64,000 nucleotides of DNA, taken from Lama guanicoe. Lineage: Eukaryota. The stretch's first letter is position 1. Each line of letters opens with the position of its first letter. Below, piece after piece: positions 38,097-49,216 of the stretch. The notes beneath the pieces were generated by a model, which had not been told where the DNA came from, did not search any database, and saw only the letters and a list, made by a program, of their open reading frames with translations. Position numbers and translations under genes: made by a program. Where the stretch lies: the NCBI GenBank assembly GCA_013239625.1, contig MU053933.1:3712470-3776469 (forward strand), written 5' to 3'.

Positions 38097-40814
38097 CTTA
38101 GCATTATATGTGTAAGATTCTTCTATATCTTTGCATAGATTGGTAGTTCATTTCTTTCCACTGGTAAATAGTATTCCATTGCATGTGTATGAAAGAAAAA
38201 ATAATTTTTCCTCTACCCTTCTAGGATCTTGATTGATATCTCCTCTGTGATAAAAGATTAAGAAGAGAAAAACAAAGAAGTTTAATAATGTGTATACCTC
38301 CTGTACTCTTGAGAGATACCAAGGAACACTGAATCGCTTCCAGAAATGGCCAAAGCCATCACCTTAAATAGCATGTTTAGCTAAAAGCAAAAGAAAGACT
38401 TGAGGAAGGGAGGAAGCCAGTTATGCCAGGGTGTCATGCAAAGCACAGTAAACATGATATGGTTGATACTTAGATTTCAGACAAGACTTTTCCATTGATA
38501 AGAGTTACCTGAGGTTTAATTACCCTCCTATGTCTGGTACAAAAAGAGGAACACACCCTTACAAATGGAGAATCCTGTAAGAAATGAAAATGTTTCTCAC
38601 AAAAGGGCAACCTATGCTGTATTTTCTGAGAGTCTTTAAAAAAATTAATCAGACTGAAACAGTCATTAGGCTACAGACCTATTTTGGGGGTGGCATATTC
38701 TGTTCTCCTTGACATGAGTGTGCACTGTGTTTTGCAAGTACTTCCTCCCAGTTTGTGGTTTGTCTTTTGGCTTTCTGAGTAATGTCTTTCACAGAATAGA
38801 AGTGTATGTTTACAAAGTCCATGTTATTAATTTTTTGTGTTATTTTATAGATAGTCATTTGGTGTCTTGTGTTAAAATGCATCACCAGGCCCAAGGCTTT
38901 ATAGGATTTCTCCCATTTCCTTTAAAAATTTTTATAGTTTTGTCATTTAAGTTTCTCTATGGGCAATTTTGAGTGAATTTTACTATTGCTCATGAAGTTT
39001 GTGTCTATGTTCTCTTCATTCTGTATGTTTTAAAATTAATTGTTCCTTAACCATTTTTTTGAGACAACATAATGAGATATATGGCTCTGTTTCAGCTTGG
39101 ATTTCCAAAGGTACTACATAGAGCAGAACCACTTCCCAGATGAGGTCTCTAGGTTTTGTGAGCTTAGCGTTCCCCGAACTTCTCTGATGACCCACAGCAA
39201 GGCGCCAAATCCACCTCTCAGACCCACGGGCACAAGTGTATTCTGCCCACGGACCTGGCCCTTTGCACAGCTGGCAGAGGCTTGGTCTCCTCAGGACTGT
39301 CAGGGCTTTGGCTTCTAGACAATGGGGTTATGTCCATGTGGTCATGGGCTGAATTTTCTTGGGCATCACTAGTGAGGAGGAGCTGCAATAGGAAAGGAAA
39401 AGGACAAAGTGAGGAGAAGCTTCCTGTGTGCAGTTGACTGCTCAGGGAAGTTCTGTCTTCAAAGGAACCTCAGAACGAAGTTGATGAGGGAAACTGTGGG
39501 GTTTTAGTTTTAGTTAGTTTTGTGTGCAGTGTAGATTGTGACCAGTGATGTTCTTTGGTGCATAGTGTCCCATTTTCCTAGCACTGTTTATTTAGGAGAC
39601 TGTCCCTCCCTCTTTGTATGTCATTGGCCCAATTCTCATGAATTAACTGACCACAGCCATGTGGGTTTATTTTTGGGCTCTGTATGCTGTTCCTCTAGTC
39701 CGTGTGTCTGTGTATATGACAATTCCTCACTATTGTGGTCACTACAGCTCTGTGATACAGTTTGATTCTAGGGAGTGAGATGCCTGCAGCTGTGTCCTTC
39801 TTTCTCCAAACCTCTTTGGCTGTTCAGGGTCCTTAGTTGTTCTATATTAATATTAGGGTTGTTATTTCTATTTCAATGAAACATATCATTGAATATTATA
39901 TTGATGTTGCAGTGAATTTGTTGATAGCTTTGGTTAGAATCAATATGTTAGTAATTCTTCCAATCCAAGAGTACAGAATATTTTTCCATTTATTTGTGTC
40001 TTCTTTAATTTCTTGTTTAATGACTTACAGTTTTTTGAGTACCAGTCTTTCACATCATTGGTTAAATTTGTTCCTGGATATTTTGTTCTTTTTGATGCAA
40101 TTATAAATGTGATTGTTTCCTTAAATTTTATTTCTGATGGTTCACTATTAGTGTATAGAAATGGAACTGATTTTTGTACATTGACTTCATATTGAACTTT
40201 ACTGATTTTATTTATTTTACAAACTCTTTGTAAAGTGTTGTGGAAAATTGTAATTTTAATATCTCAATGTTTCTCTTGTATTGCAGGTCATCCACACGAC
40301 CCAAGGCCTGATGGCTACTAGTATACTCATCCCACAGTACCTCTTAATAACAAGTGAACTCCTACAAGGGCGATTAGCATCACAACCTTAGTTGACCTTG
40401 GTCTGGATAAGTCTTGGCCTCTATATCAAAGTTTGATGTCTATTTTATCCACTCTTCTGGCATGGTATTGATATGGTTGTTTCAAACTGTAATGGACTTT
40501 CCAGTAATTTCTGTAATGATAAAAAGTACTCACAGTACTATTTGACACAAAGTATTGTAGGGTGTTTTACCCCAAACAGGGACATTCTCCTGAGGAACCA
40601 TCATGTGACTCGTAAAAGAGGAAGTCATATGGTTTCCACATTATTATTTAGTCCTCAGGCCCACTTCAACTTTCAGCAGTTGGTCAAATGGCATGTTTTC
40701 TTTTTCTGGAATTGTTACTGAGACTTTCTCTCATTTTGACAATCTTGATGGATTTAAAGCATGCATGATGACCATGTGATCTGGGAGAACTTTTCTTTAT
40801 GACTTTTTTTTTCA

Positions 40815-41395
40815 GCAATGTGTATTCAAAGCCTTAAAAATGTGCATACTTTTCACTCAGTAATTTCACTTCCAGGAATCTGTCCTAAAGAAATAATAAA
40901 AGTTCTGCAGTGAATTAAGAGAATCAGGACTCTATGTACTTTAAATTATATATATATATATATATATATAATCTATATGTAATCTTTATAGAAAATTTAA
41001 ATATAAAGATGTTATTCACAACATTGTTTACTCTAGAAAAAAAGTTGGAAATAACCCAGAAAGGACATTGGTTAGACAAATTATGGTTTACATGTAGGCA
41101 ATATGTGTATTATGTAGGAATACAATGTAGCCATTTCAAAAATAAGTTTTCTAAAAATGTAAATGACATGAGAAAACAGTTACAATACACTGTTAGGCTG
41201 AAGGGGGAAAGCAGGCTATAGGGTAATACATCTATAACATATGACCCTGATTCTGTAAAACATGACATCTGCATATATACCTGCAAATAAAGGGCAGGAG
41301 GACTGAACAGTAGCTCATCTTTAGATGTGAGAATTACCCCCTTTTGTGTCTGTTATGGGTTCTACATTTTCTACAATGGCAATGTATTTGTTTAG
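40815..41395 (+). mobile_element. L1ME-type 3' end containing a (TA)n microsatellite (~40947-40970)
   Basis: ttcactcagtaatttcacttccaggaatctgtcctaaagaaataat...aagatgttattcacaacattgttt...ttttctacaatggcaatgtatt. Confidence 0.7.
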
Positions 41396-42424
41396 AGTCC
41401 AGAAAAGCCTCAAACATTATCTAAACAGAGCAGCAAGAACTGGATTAAAATTTTCATTAGTGTTATTCTCCCCCAAACACAATGGACACAACAAACCCTG
41501 GAAGTTTAAACATAGACCTCAGTCACTGTCGGGAGCATCATGACAAGGGCCACAAGATGAGAATAACATAGGATGGAGAAAGCTTGGCCTGGAGAAGGCA
41601 TTGGATGGACTTTGAAGGAGCGGGTCATCAGGGTAGGGCAGATTCTTAGAGAAACATTTAAGGTGAGGGAAGCCACATAACCAGAGGCCCAGAGGTCAAA
41701 GAGGACATGGATGAGACCTGAGTGGTAAAGAGACCAGGACAACAGGGACCTTGTTTAATGCAGGGGCCTCTAGCCAGAGGTTGGAGGCTCAGGGTATAGC
41801 ACACTGCTCTACCTAGGATAACTCTATTCCCTTAGACTTTTTCAGGCATATGCAGATGCTGGCAGGACTGACTAAATACTAATGTAGTTAAAATCATTGC
41901 AGAGTTCACAATGGCACTGTGTAGCTTTCTATCTTCTCCTCAAATGACCAGTCTTCTCCAATTACTCTGCCCCATGTAGGACACCCACCCCCAAGCACTG
42001 GCCTTCCTGTTGTCCCTCTGATGGGCCAATACTTGTTCCCCTTGACCTGAAACATGCTCCCCCAGATATCTGCACAGCCCCTCCCCACTGTAGGTCCTAT
42101 GGGAAGAGAGGCAGAAGTCAAAGTGTGTGAAGTGAGAGCTCGGAGGCCAGAAGTGCATGCTGCTGGCTGGGGGTGGGACTGAGGAACCACAGGTATTTCA
42201 GCAGAAATGTCTCGGGAAGAGTAAGGGGCTACAGGATGGGGGAGGGCCACCAGGTCCAGACAATGTCTCCAGGGCTTTGGGAACTGAGCAGCTGTGGCAG
42301 ACAGCTAATGCAAAAGTTCTGAGGATCAGAGGCGATTTTCAGACCCAATAAATATCCTGAAAGAACACAGAGCCCTGATCTGCTCTGCTTAACTCTTACA
42401 GCTGTGGGTGCCCTGCAGTTTAAA

Positions 42425-42600
42425 AGTACTTTCACCTTCATTACCTCATGTGGTCCTGGGAGGTAAGCAGAAATAGGCAGTGGCCATTTTACAGAGGAAA
42501 TAACTGAGGATCAGAAAAGTTAAATAATTTGCCTGAAAGCTCAAAAGGGTCGGTGGCTGACTAGCTGGACTCAGCTCCCCAGCCCCATTTTCTCCACATA
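42425..42600 (-). mobile_element. MIR SINE
   Basis: ccattttacagaggaaataactgaggatcagaaaagttaaataatttgcctgaaagctc is the MIR core. Confidence 0.8.
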
Positions 42601-42813
42601 CGAACCCAGGTGTTTTGGCACTACACTTAGACTGAATAAAGACATCCCTGTCATAAAGCTTTGCCTCCTGTATTTTGACAACAGCAACCCTGTAGGGATG
42701 GACTCCATGGCTGCAAGTATCAACTCAGGGCATCAGCGGGAGGGCATGTACAGAGGGAAGAGCCACATGGACCCTCTGTACAGATGGTAAGGGAAGCCCT
42801 GTTGTCTGAAAGG

Positions 42814-42835
42814 GTGTGTGTGTGTGTGTGTGTGT
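42814..42835. repeat. (GT)n microsatellite
   Basis: gtgtgtgtgtgtgtgtgtgtgt. Confidence 0.9.
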
Positions 42836-43899
42836 CTCTAATCAGCCAGCCCAGCAGGGTCCAGGTTGCTGTGGCCTTCCAGGGGTGCTCTCAAATTCAA
42901 CTAAAGCTCTGGCTGTGCCACTGCCTCCAGGGGGCCATTCACTGCATCTGAACTTGACCCAGGTTCAGGGAGTGGAGGAGGTGGGGCAGCCTGAGGCAAA
43001 CTGCTAGGCCACCAGAACACCCACAGCCCCCAGTCCCTGAGGAGAGGCAAAGGCAAAAGACAGACCCTTACTCTCCAGCCCTAACAGTCCACACGCTGCC
43101 GACAGTCCAGACTGCAGGAAAGGACCTGGTGAGGGCGCTTCCTCCAGGGCTGTCCCTTGGCAGTTGTGCATCTGGTCAGGCAGCTGCAAGCCACACATGG
43201 CCAGTGAGCACAGGGGTATGGCCAGTGGGACTCAGCAATAGTGTGTGACGTTAATACGATCCAACTGACACTTAGAAGTGAGTGGCCACTAGGAAAGGGC
43301 AGCAGGAGGTCCCCTTATGATAGAAGCATTCTATCTGGTGACTGTGGTGGTGAGCCCAGGGATGTGCACGCGACAAAAGTGCAAGACCTGAAAACACCCC
43401 CCCCCCCGCGAACGACTCCAGCGAGGTCCTGGATGTGACACTGTGATACAAGGTGCTACCTTTGGGGGCGTTTCCGTATTCTTTCTCACAACTGCTTGTT
43501 AATCTGTGATGGTCTCAAAATAAAAAGTTAAAATAAAATGAGACACCGACCGTGCTCAATGGGTACTGCAGTGGCCAGCGAGCTCTAAAAGCCACATTCT
43601 CACTGAGCTAAAGAAATGTCGCCCACTCATGCTCGTTGTCTCTTCCCCTCACACACCACACAGCAGGCACCTGTAACTTGGGGGCGTGGGGGCGCTCCGG
43701 GGCTAAAAGAGGGGTGAGTGCAGGGCGAGGGTCACAGAATTAGCATTCGGAGAAATTAGATATGAGGGGTTAAAAAAAAAAGACATAAAATGGTGAGGAA
43801 ATTCCTCAACTCAACTATACTGGGGTTTCTGCAAAGAACCTCCCCCATCCTCGGAGGAAGCCCTGGAAATACTAAACCAAAGGACCCCCGCTTGGCCGG

Positions 43900-45480
43900 T
43901 AGGGCAATCTAGGCAGGAGGGCCTCTGGACTCATCTTCCCAGAGACCCGGCCAGGGCACACCCACTCCAAGACCCAAGTGTGCATGGAGTTGGAGGTCAG
44001 AGCCCACTCTCCGGTCTGGCTCCTCTCCCACCACTCGTGCGCCTCTGTCTTGCTTTACTGGGGCGGGGGTGGTGGGGAGGAGGGCGCAGAGAGAAAGGGC
44101 CAGAGCGGGCTCCCTGGCAACAGTCAGCTTGAGTGCCCCCTCCTCCAGGACCCTGAACAACTGCAGCTCCTCCTCTGCCGCGGGGCCCACCACCGGGACT
44201 CTCGCAGACAAAAGCGTCTGCGGTGAAGAAGCCACCGCCGCAAAGGGCAGAAGCGCCAGATCCTATCAGCCAATTACCTAAACGCGTAGCTACCCGCAAG
44301 TTCGAGCACGCTTGGGCCAGGGCGCGGGCAGCGGGAGGGGCCGCCAGTCAGGTGCGCCCGTGGAATCTGGGCCTGCGGCGCACCGTGAGGCTCAGGGCGG
44401 TACGCAGGGCGGGCCTGGGGCTGAGGTCTGGGCTAGGGGCTGGGGACCCGCGCGTCTCGTCTCCCCCTCGCCGGTTGCGAGGCTCCTCCGCAGCGACGGA
44501 GGCTGCGCGGTCAGGGCACTCCCTCGGCCAGGGCTCCTGAGGCCCTTCCACGGCCCCAGATCCGAACAGCCCCCGGGTCGCCCTGGAAACGTCGCCCCTC
44601 CACCGTGCGGCGCGCAGGGTCGCCTCTGGCTTGTGGAGCAAAAGAACCTCTCCCACGAAGGGTCCGGCGGCCGCGCGGCCCTCTGAGCGCCGGGGCTGCA
44701 GCTGGATCCTATGGGGCTGCCGGGCTCTGTGTGCGCGCAGGGGCGGGAAGGACCGCCGGACCCCTGCACATCCCGTGGACAGTGCCGCGCTCCAAAGCTG
44801 TCGCCCACGCCGGTCCCTCTCGCACCGCCGAATCCCCTGCGGGGCGCAGACCGCCGGTCCCCGGCTCATCTTGCTCTTGACTTCCACCGCGCTGCAGTCG
44901 TAGAAGCGCAGGATCTGAGACTTGTGGAAATTCCGGTTCACGGTTCCCGCCCCGCTCAGCCTCGTCTGCGCCCTCGCTTCTCCCTATGGGGGCTGCAGAA
45001 GGACCCTGGGTGCGGCACCTCCCGCCACGGCCCCGGCCCCGGCTCGCTCGCCACCGGGCTACTTGAGTGCAGCGGCCCGAGCTGGGCTGGCCGCTCGCCT
45101 TGGGTACTCAAGGGGCTGCATGCTGGAGGAGTTGGGGGCGCCAGCGCGCGCCGCCCCGAGGACCCGTCCCCCGAGCCCCACGAGCCCGCCTCACATCCTT
45201 AAGATCCATTCCTCCAGCTTCGAGGATCCGCCCCGTGTCCCGAGTACTCACCCCACGCCTCGCCGACCTGGCCCCCGAGCTCTGCGGACCCGGTTCCCCA
45301 GATCACGCCGCCATTCCCTGCCCGGCGCCTTGAGGACCCTCCCGCGGACCCGCCCCCGAAGACTCGGCTAGGTGCGCGCTTCTGTGTGCAAAAATCCCAG
45401 AGCCCGGAAGTGAAGCACCGCTGACCTGCCTGGGACGCTTCATTCCCACCTTGGCGCCCGCACTTTTTCTCCCTTGCTCG
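43900..45480. promoter_or_regulatory. CpG island (PARD6G-derived promoter/exon 1/intron 1 start)
   Basis: Very GC- and CpG-rich, with GC boxes and an ETS motif CCGGAAGTG at 45404-45412. Confidence 0.9.
44870..44941 (-). pseudogene. PARD6G: Orphan copy of PARD6G coding exon 1 with mutated start codon and splice donor
   Basis: Reads (GTG)[23 protein letters not shown] vs human PARD6G N-terminus [24 protein letters not shown] as recalled. Start context is ACCGTG, and the donor position reads AAG|ATGAGC instead of GT. No exon 2 (FGAEFRRF...) was seen in the window. Confidence 0.88.
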
Positions 45481-46760
45481 CTCGTGCCGAGATTTTGTTT
45501 GCCTCCACCCCTTGCCAGGGAAGGGACCTGATTTTGGCTGATTTTTAACTTTGTCTTAGATGATAAGGGAATCACCGGAGGCCTGACCCCCTTGGGCCCA
45601 CCTGTCCGTACAGCTGCCAGCTGGTAGATGGTCTGGGCAAAGGTTCTGCAGGGAGGCAAACCCCTAGGACATAGTTCAGCACAGGTAAAAGTAAAAGGGT
45701 CAGAAGCACCTCTAGGCCTGTCTGATGAGAAGGAAGACTTCTGCTGAGGCTGGTAGAGAAAGGAGTATGTTAGCAACAAGGCTTCAGCTGTTAGCAGTGT
45801 CGTCAGTGCTTACCATCTAGAGAGCTCTGGGAGCGGGGCTGCCAAAACCCAAATTCTCGCCCCTGAGGAATTTGTGAAGAACCTAAGAACCCAGGACAAA
45901 TAGGGGTTTTAAAAGTATTGCAAAGTGCATCGTACAAATTTACAATGCAGCTTTAGTTGACTATATTATTTTTCCTAGTGTAAATTCGTAGGACTAAAAG
46001 GAAGAAATACAAACATGCTAATTTAACTATTATACATATAGAGGAGAGTATTAAATTAAATTAAATTAGTGATTTTAAATGTAATCAAGAACAAAATTTA
46101 AAAAAAAGAACAAACTTAGAACAAAAGTATAACCTAGTTTTTCAGAAGATTTTGTATATATATAAAACAAAACTAATACAAACATGTTGTGAAATACTTA
46201 CTAAATTCTACAGACAGAAAAAATAACGTAAGATACAGGAACTGAGAATATATATACCTGTGTATAAATATAAATATATATACACATATATATAAATGTG
46301 AATGAGATAAAACTCACCTATTTTAGGACTTTCACATTTGATCACTAAGTAATACTCAGCTAAAAACAGTAAATAAGAGACAAGTACAACAAAGTGACAT
46401 AGAAAGGATGAAATTTAAAATATCAGTAAAGGGAGAAAGCAGCGGTTTCCATTTTAAGATTATGTTGCTTTAGGGACAAAGGGATTAAATAAGGTAAAGA
46501 AAGGGCCTTCACAATGGAAAATGGTATGCCAGCATGAAGATCTAATTAATACACATGAGCACTGCACAGATCAGCATTCACAAAATAAAATGGCAGGAAA
46601 TAGGAAGTGTACCTTTGTTAAAATGCACCGTAATAGGTAAAGGACAGAAAACTCAGTTACTTGAACTTATATAACTACTGAACTCTGTGCCTGAATGCAG
46701 ACAACGGTCCTTTTCAAATTCTCTGGAACATCCACAAAATGACTGTGTATTAGGACATGT

Positions 46761-46982
46761 TAGGACAGGGCCATACACTATGGTACGTGTGCCTAATCAG
46801 TCTGCTGCTTGATTTTGTAAATAAAGTATTACTGGAACACTTTACTGCTCATTCCCTCATGTCTGTGGCTGGCGTTGTTCTTCAGCTGCAAATCTGAATA
46901 CTTGGGAGGGAGACTGTACAAATCACAAACTCAAAAACGTGTGTTATCTTGCCCAACTATACAACAAATTTGCTGATTTCTT
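46761..46982. mobile_element. MER58A-like hAT-Charlie DNA transposon
   Basis: ttttgtaaataaagtattactggaacac...gagactgtac...aatttgctgatttctt. Confidence 0.75.
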
Positions 46983-47042
46983 AATTAGTTCATGAGCAGT
47001 AATAACCCCAAAGTATAAAGAGAGTATAGATATATATGCATA

Positions 47043-47585
47043 TGTATTGAGGTGAGAAGCCCCTTTGAAAGACTGGCAGGAGCCCCAAGCAGGGCCACTA
47101 CTCTACTGCCAGCATGATCCGGTTCCCTGGCCCAGAGGCTCTATCTCACTTTTTGCCTCTGAAATGGCTTACTTACCCCTAAAATTCTATTGGTTCCCTG
47201 AGCTCACTCCTGATTGGTTATTTCCTTCACTCCTGATTGGTTCATTTCCCTAGCTTCTGATTGGTCCATTTGTAGTACTTCATTTGCATGGAGCTCACTC
47301 CTGATTGTTTATTTCTCTCACTCCTGATTGGGCCATTTTTACAAAGCTTGTTCCTAATTAGTCAACTTTAGTTATACCTCATTTGCACATGATGTTGCAA
47401 AGTGTAAACTGGCAGCCTATAAAAGCCGGTGTAAACCTACAGCCATGGTCCAGAGCTTGGAGTGTTAACTCCTTTGGGCCTGCTGGCATGATAAACCTGA
47501 GGACTCCAGCTCTCTGAGTACTGCTTGGTCTGTGGCAGGGATCCAGGTTGCTGTCACAACTGAGCTGTAACACTAAGGTGTAACA
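47043..47585 (+). mobile_element. Solo ERV LTR with tandem CCAAT boxes and TATA box
   Basis: TG...gtaaca with possible TSD cata/catt. Five ATTGG in repeated ctcctgattgg units (47188-47331). TATAAAA at ~47418. Confidence 0.75.
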
Positions 47586-49096
47586 CATTTTTCCACAGCA
47601 GTATGTGTATATAAACAGATTTGATATATATGTGATCACAATGTATTAAAAGTAGAAATGTAAGAAAATATTAGAAAATAACCACCACAACAAAAATCCT
47701 TAATACCCGGAAGCTAATTTTATGAACTCAAACTGTTACAAAAATACACATGATAATAAAATATCTAAAGTAATAATGAAAAACCATAGATTGGAGTGTA
47801 TATGATATAGTTAAGTAGTGCTCAGAGGAAAATTTTATAGCCATAAGTAATTATGCTAATGAATATGTGAGAATGAAGATAAATGAATTAAAGATCAAAA
47901 ATCAAAAATTTAAAACAATAACAAAATGGTAGGATGGGAGGTAGAAAAGTTGAATTAGGAAATGAATAACAATCCATAAAGAAATCCAGAAGGTGGCCGT
48001 TTGAAGAAAACCAAGTATTAGATAACAAATTAAGAAGTATTATAAAGTATACTATAAATAATTTATGTTATGTGGTTATAAATGTATTATAAATTCATCA
48101 TAAGAGGAAAATCTGGAGAATACAAAGACATGAAGGGAAAAAGTCAAAGTCACCCACAATTGTACTGCTCAGCAATCAAGTTTGTTATGGTTTTGGTATA
48201 TTGTACCTCTGTTGCTTTTTCTGCATATGTATTTACATACTTTACAAAATCATTATCATGCAGTTTAGCCAGTTTTGTAGCCTTTTTTTTAAAACTTGAT
48301 GTTGTATAAAAATATTTTCATTAAATATTCTTAGAAAGTATGGTTTTTATAGCTGCACATACGAATATAGGTATAATTTTTAATCATTTCATCATTGGAT
48401 ATTTAGGATGTTTCTAATGTTCAGGGTTTATTTAATACTGTGTTTCTGGAGTTCACTTATTTATGATTAATTCATAGAATCAACTCCTAAAAATGGAATT
48501 ACTGGGTCATAAGTTACACATATGTCTACACCCTTCAATACAGATTGCCAAATTGCAGTTACCAAAATTTAAGTTTCATTTCCTCTTACTAAATGTGCTG
48601 TGATATGCCAGGGACTACAATCACAGAGGCACAGAGTTACAGTCCCTGTGCTTGAGAGAAATATCAGGCTGGCCAGGGTTCCAGGCCTGTAGACAGAGTT
48701 CCAGAGCAAGGCACAAGTGAACTTAGCAAGGAGACAAAAATGCCACCAGGTTCCCACAGAGTCAGAAGAAAAGTATCCTAGACAGAAGGTTGAGGATGTC
48801 CACTGGTCTGAAAGCTAGAAGGGACCTGGTATAGTTTGCCATCTATGCAGAATTTAATAAATTCCATGTCTGCTCTGTCCTGAGGAGGCCTCTGTTGCAT
48901 CAGGTAGAAGAAACAGGAGGTACCTGTGGAGTCAACCTCACACAGCACAGCAGCCAGCAACCAACTGCTGACCTGGTAGCTCTGGTGGGGTTCAGGGACC
49001 TGCAGCATCTCCTGGTTCTCACCTCATCCCAGCACTGCTCATGAGTTGCTGAACAGCAACTGTGCTGGCAGCAAAAAGAGAATGCTTGTTCACACA

Positions 49097-49216
49097 CCCC
49101 TCCCAGAGCATGGGGCTTAAGTGGGCAGGCCCCTCACAGGATATGGAGCTCACCTGGGCAGGCACCCAGCAGCCCCCGGGGCTCACATAGGCAGGCCCCT
49201 CCCAGGACATGGAGCC
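49097..49216. repeat. Degenerate ~33-bp minisatellite, ~3.5 copies
   Basis: catggggcttaagtgggcaggcccctcacagga / tatggagctcacctgggcaggcacccagcagccc / ccggggctcacataggcaggcccctcccagga / catggagcc. Confidence 0.7.

Larger units (their letters stand above)
29117..40805 (+). repeat. Segmental duplication block A (paralogous to 50438-59650)
   Basis: Colinear similarity through unique and TE sequence, e.g. 29117 vs 50438, 33421 vs 53520 (~10 mismatches in ~150 bp), 35730 vs 55830, 40770 vs 59615. Confidence 0.92.

Noticed and set aside
44870..44941. Functional PARD6G gene
   Set aside because: Start codon and donor are both mutated, and no downstream exons were seen before unrelated loci (V1R, PRMT2) intervene.
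43909..45371. Many overlapping 70-160 aa ORFs in the CpG island
   Set aside because: Low-complexity Pro/Arg/Gly/Ala ORFs are expected from GC content. Only the 24-codon PARD6G segment is recognisable.
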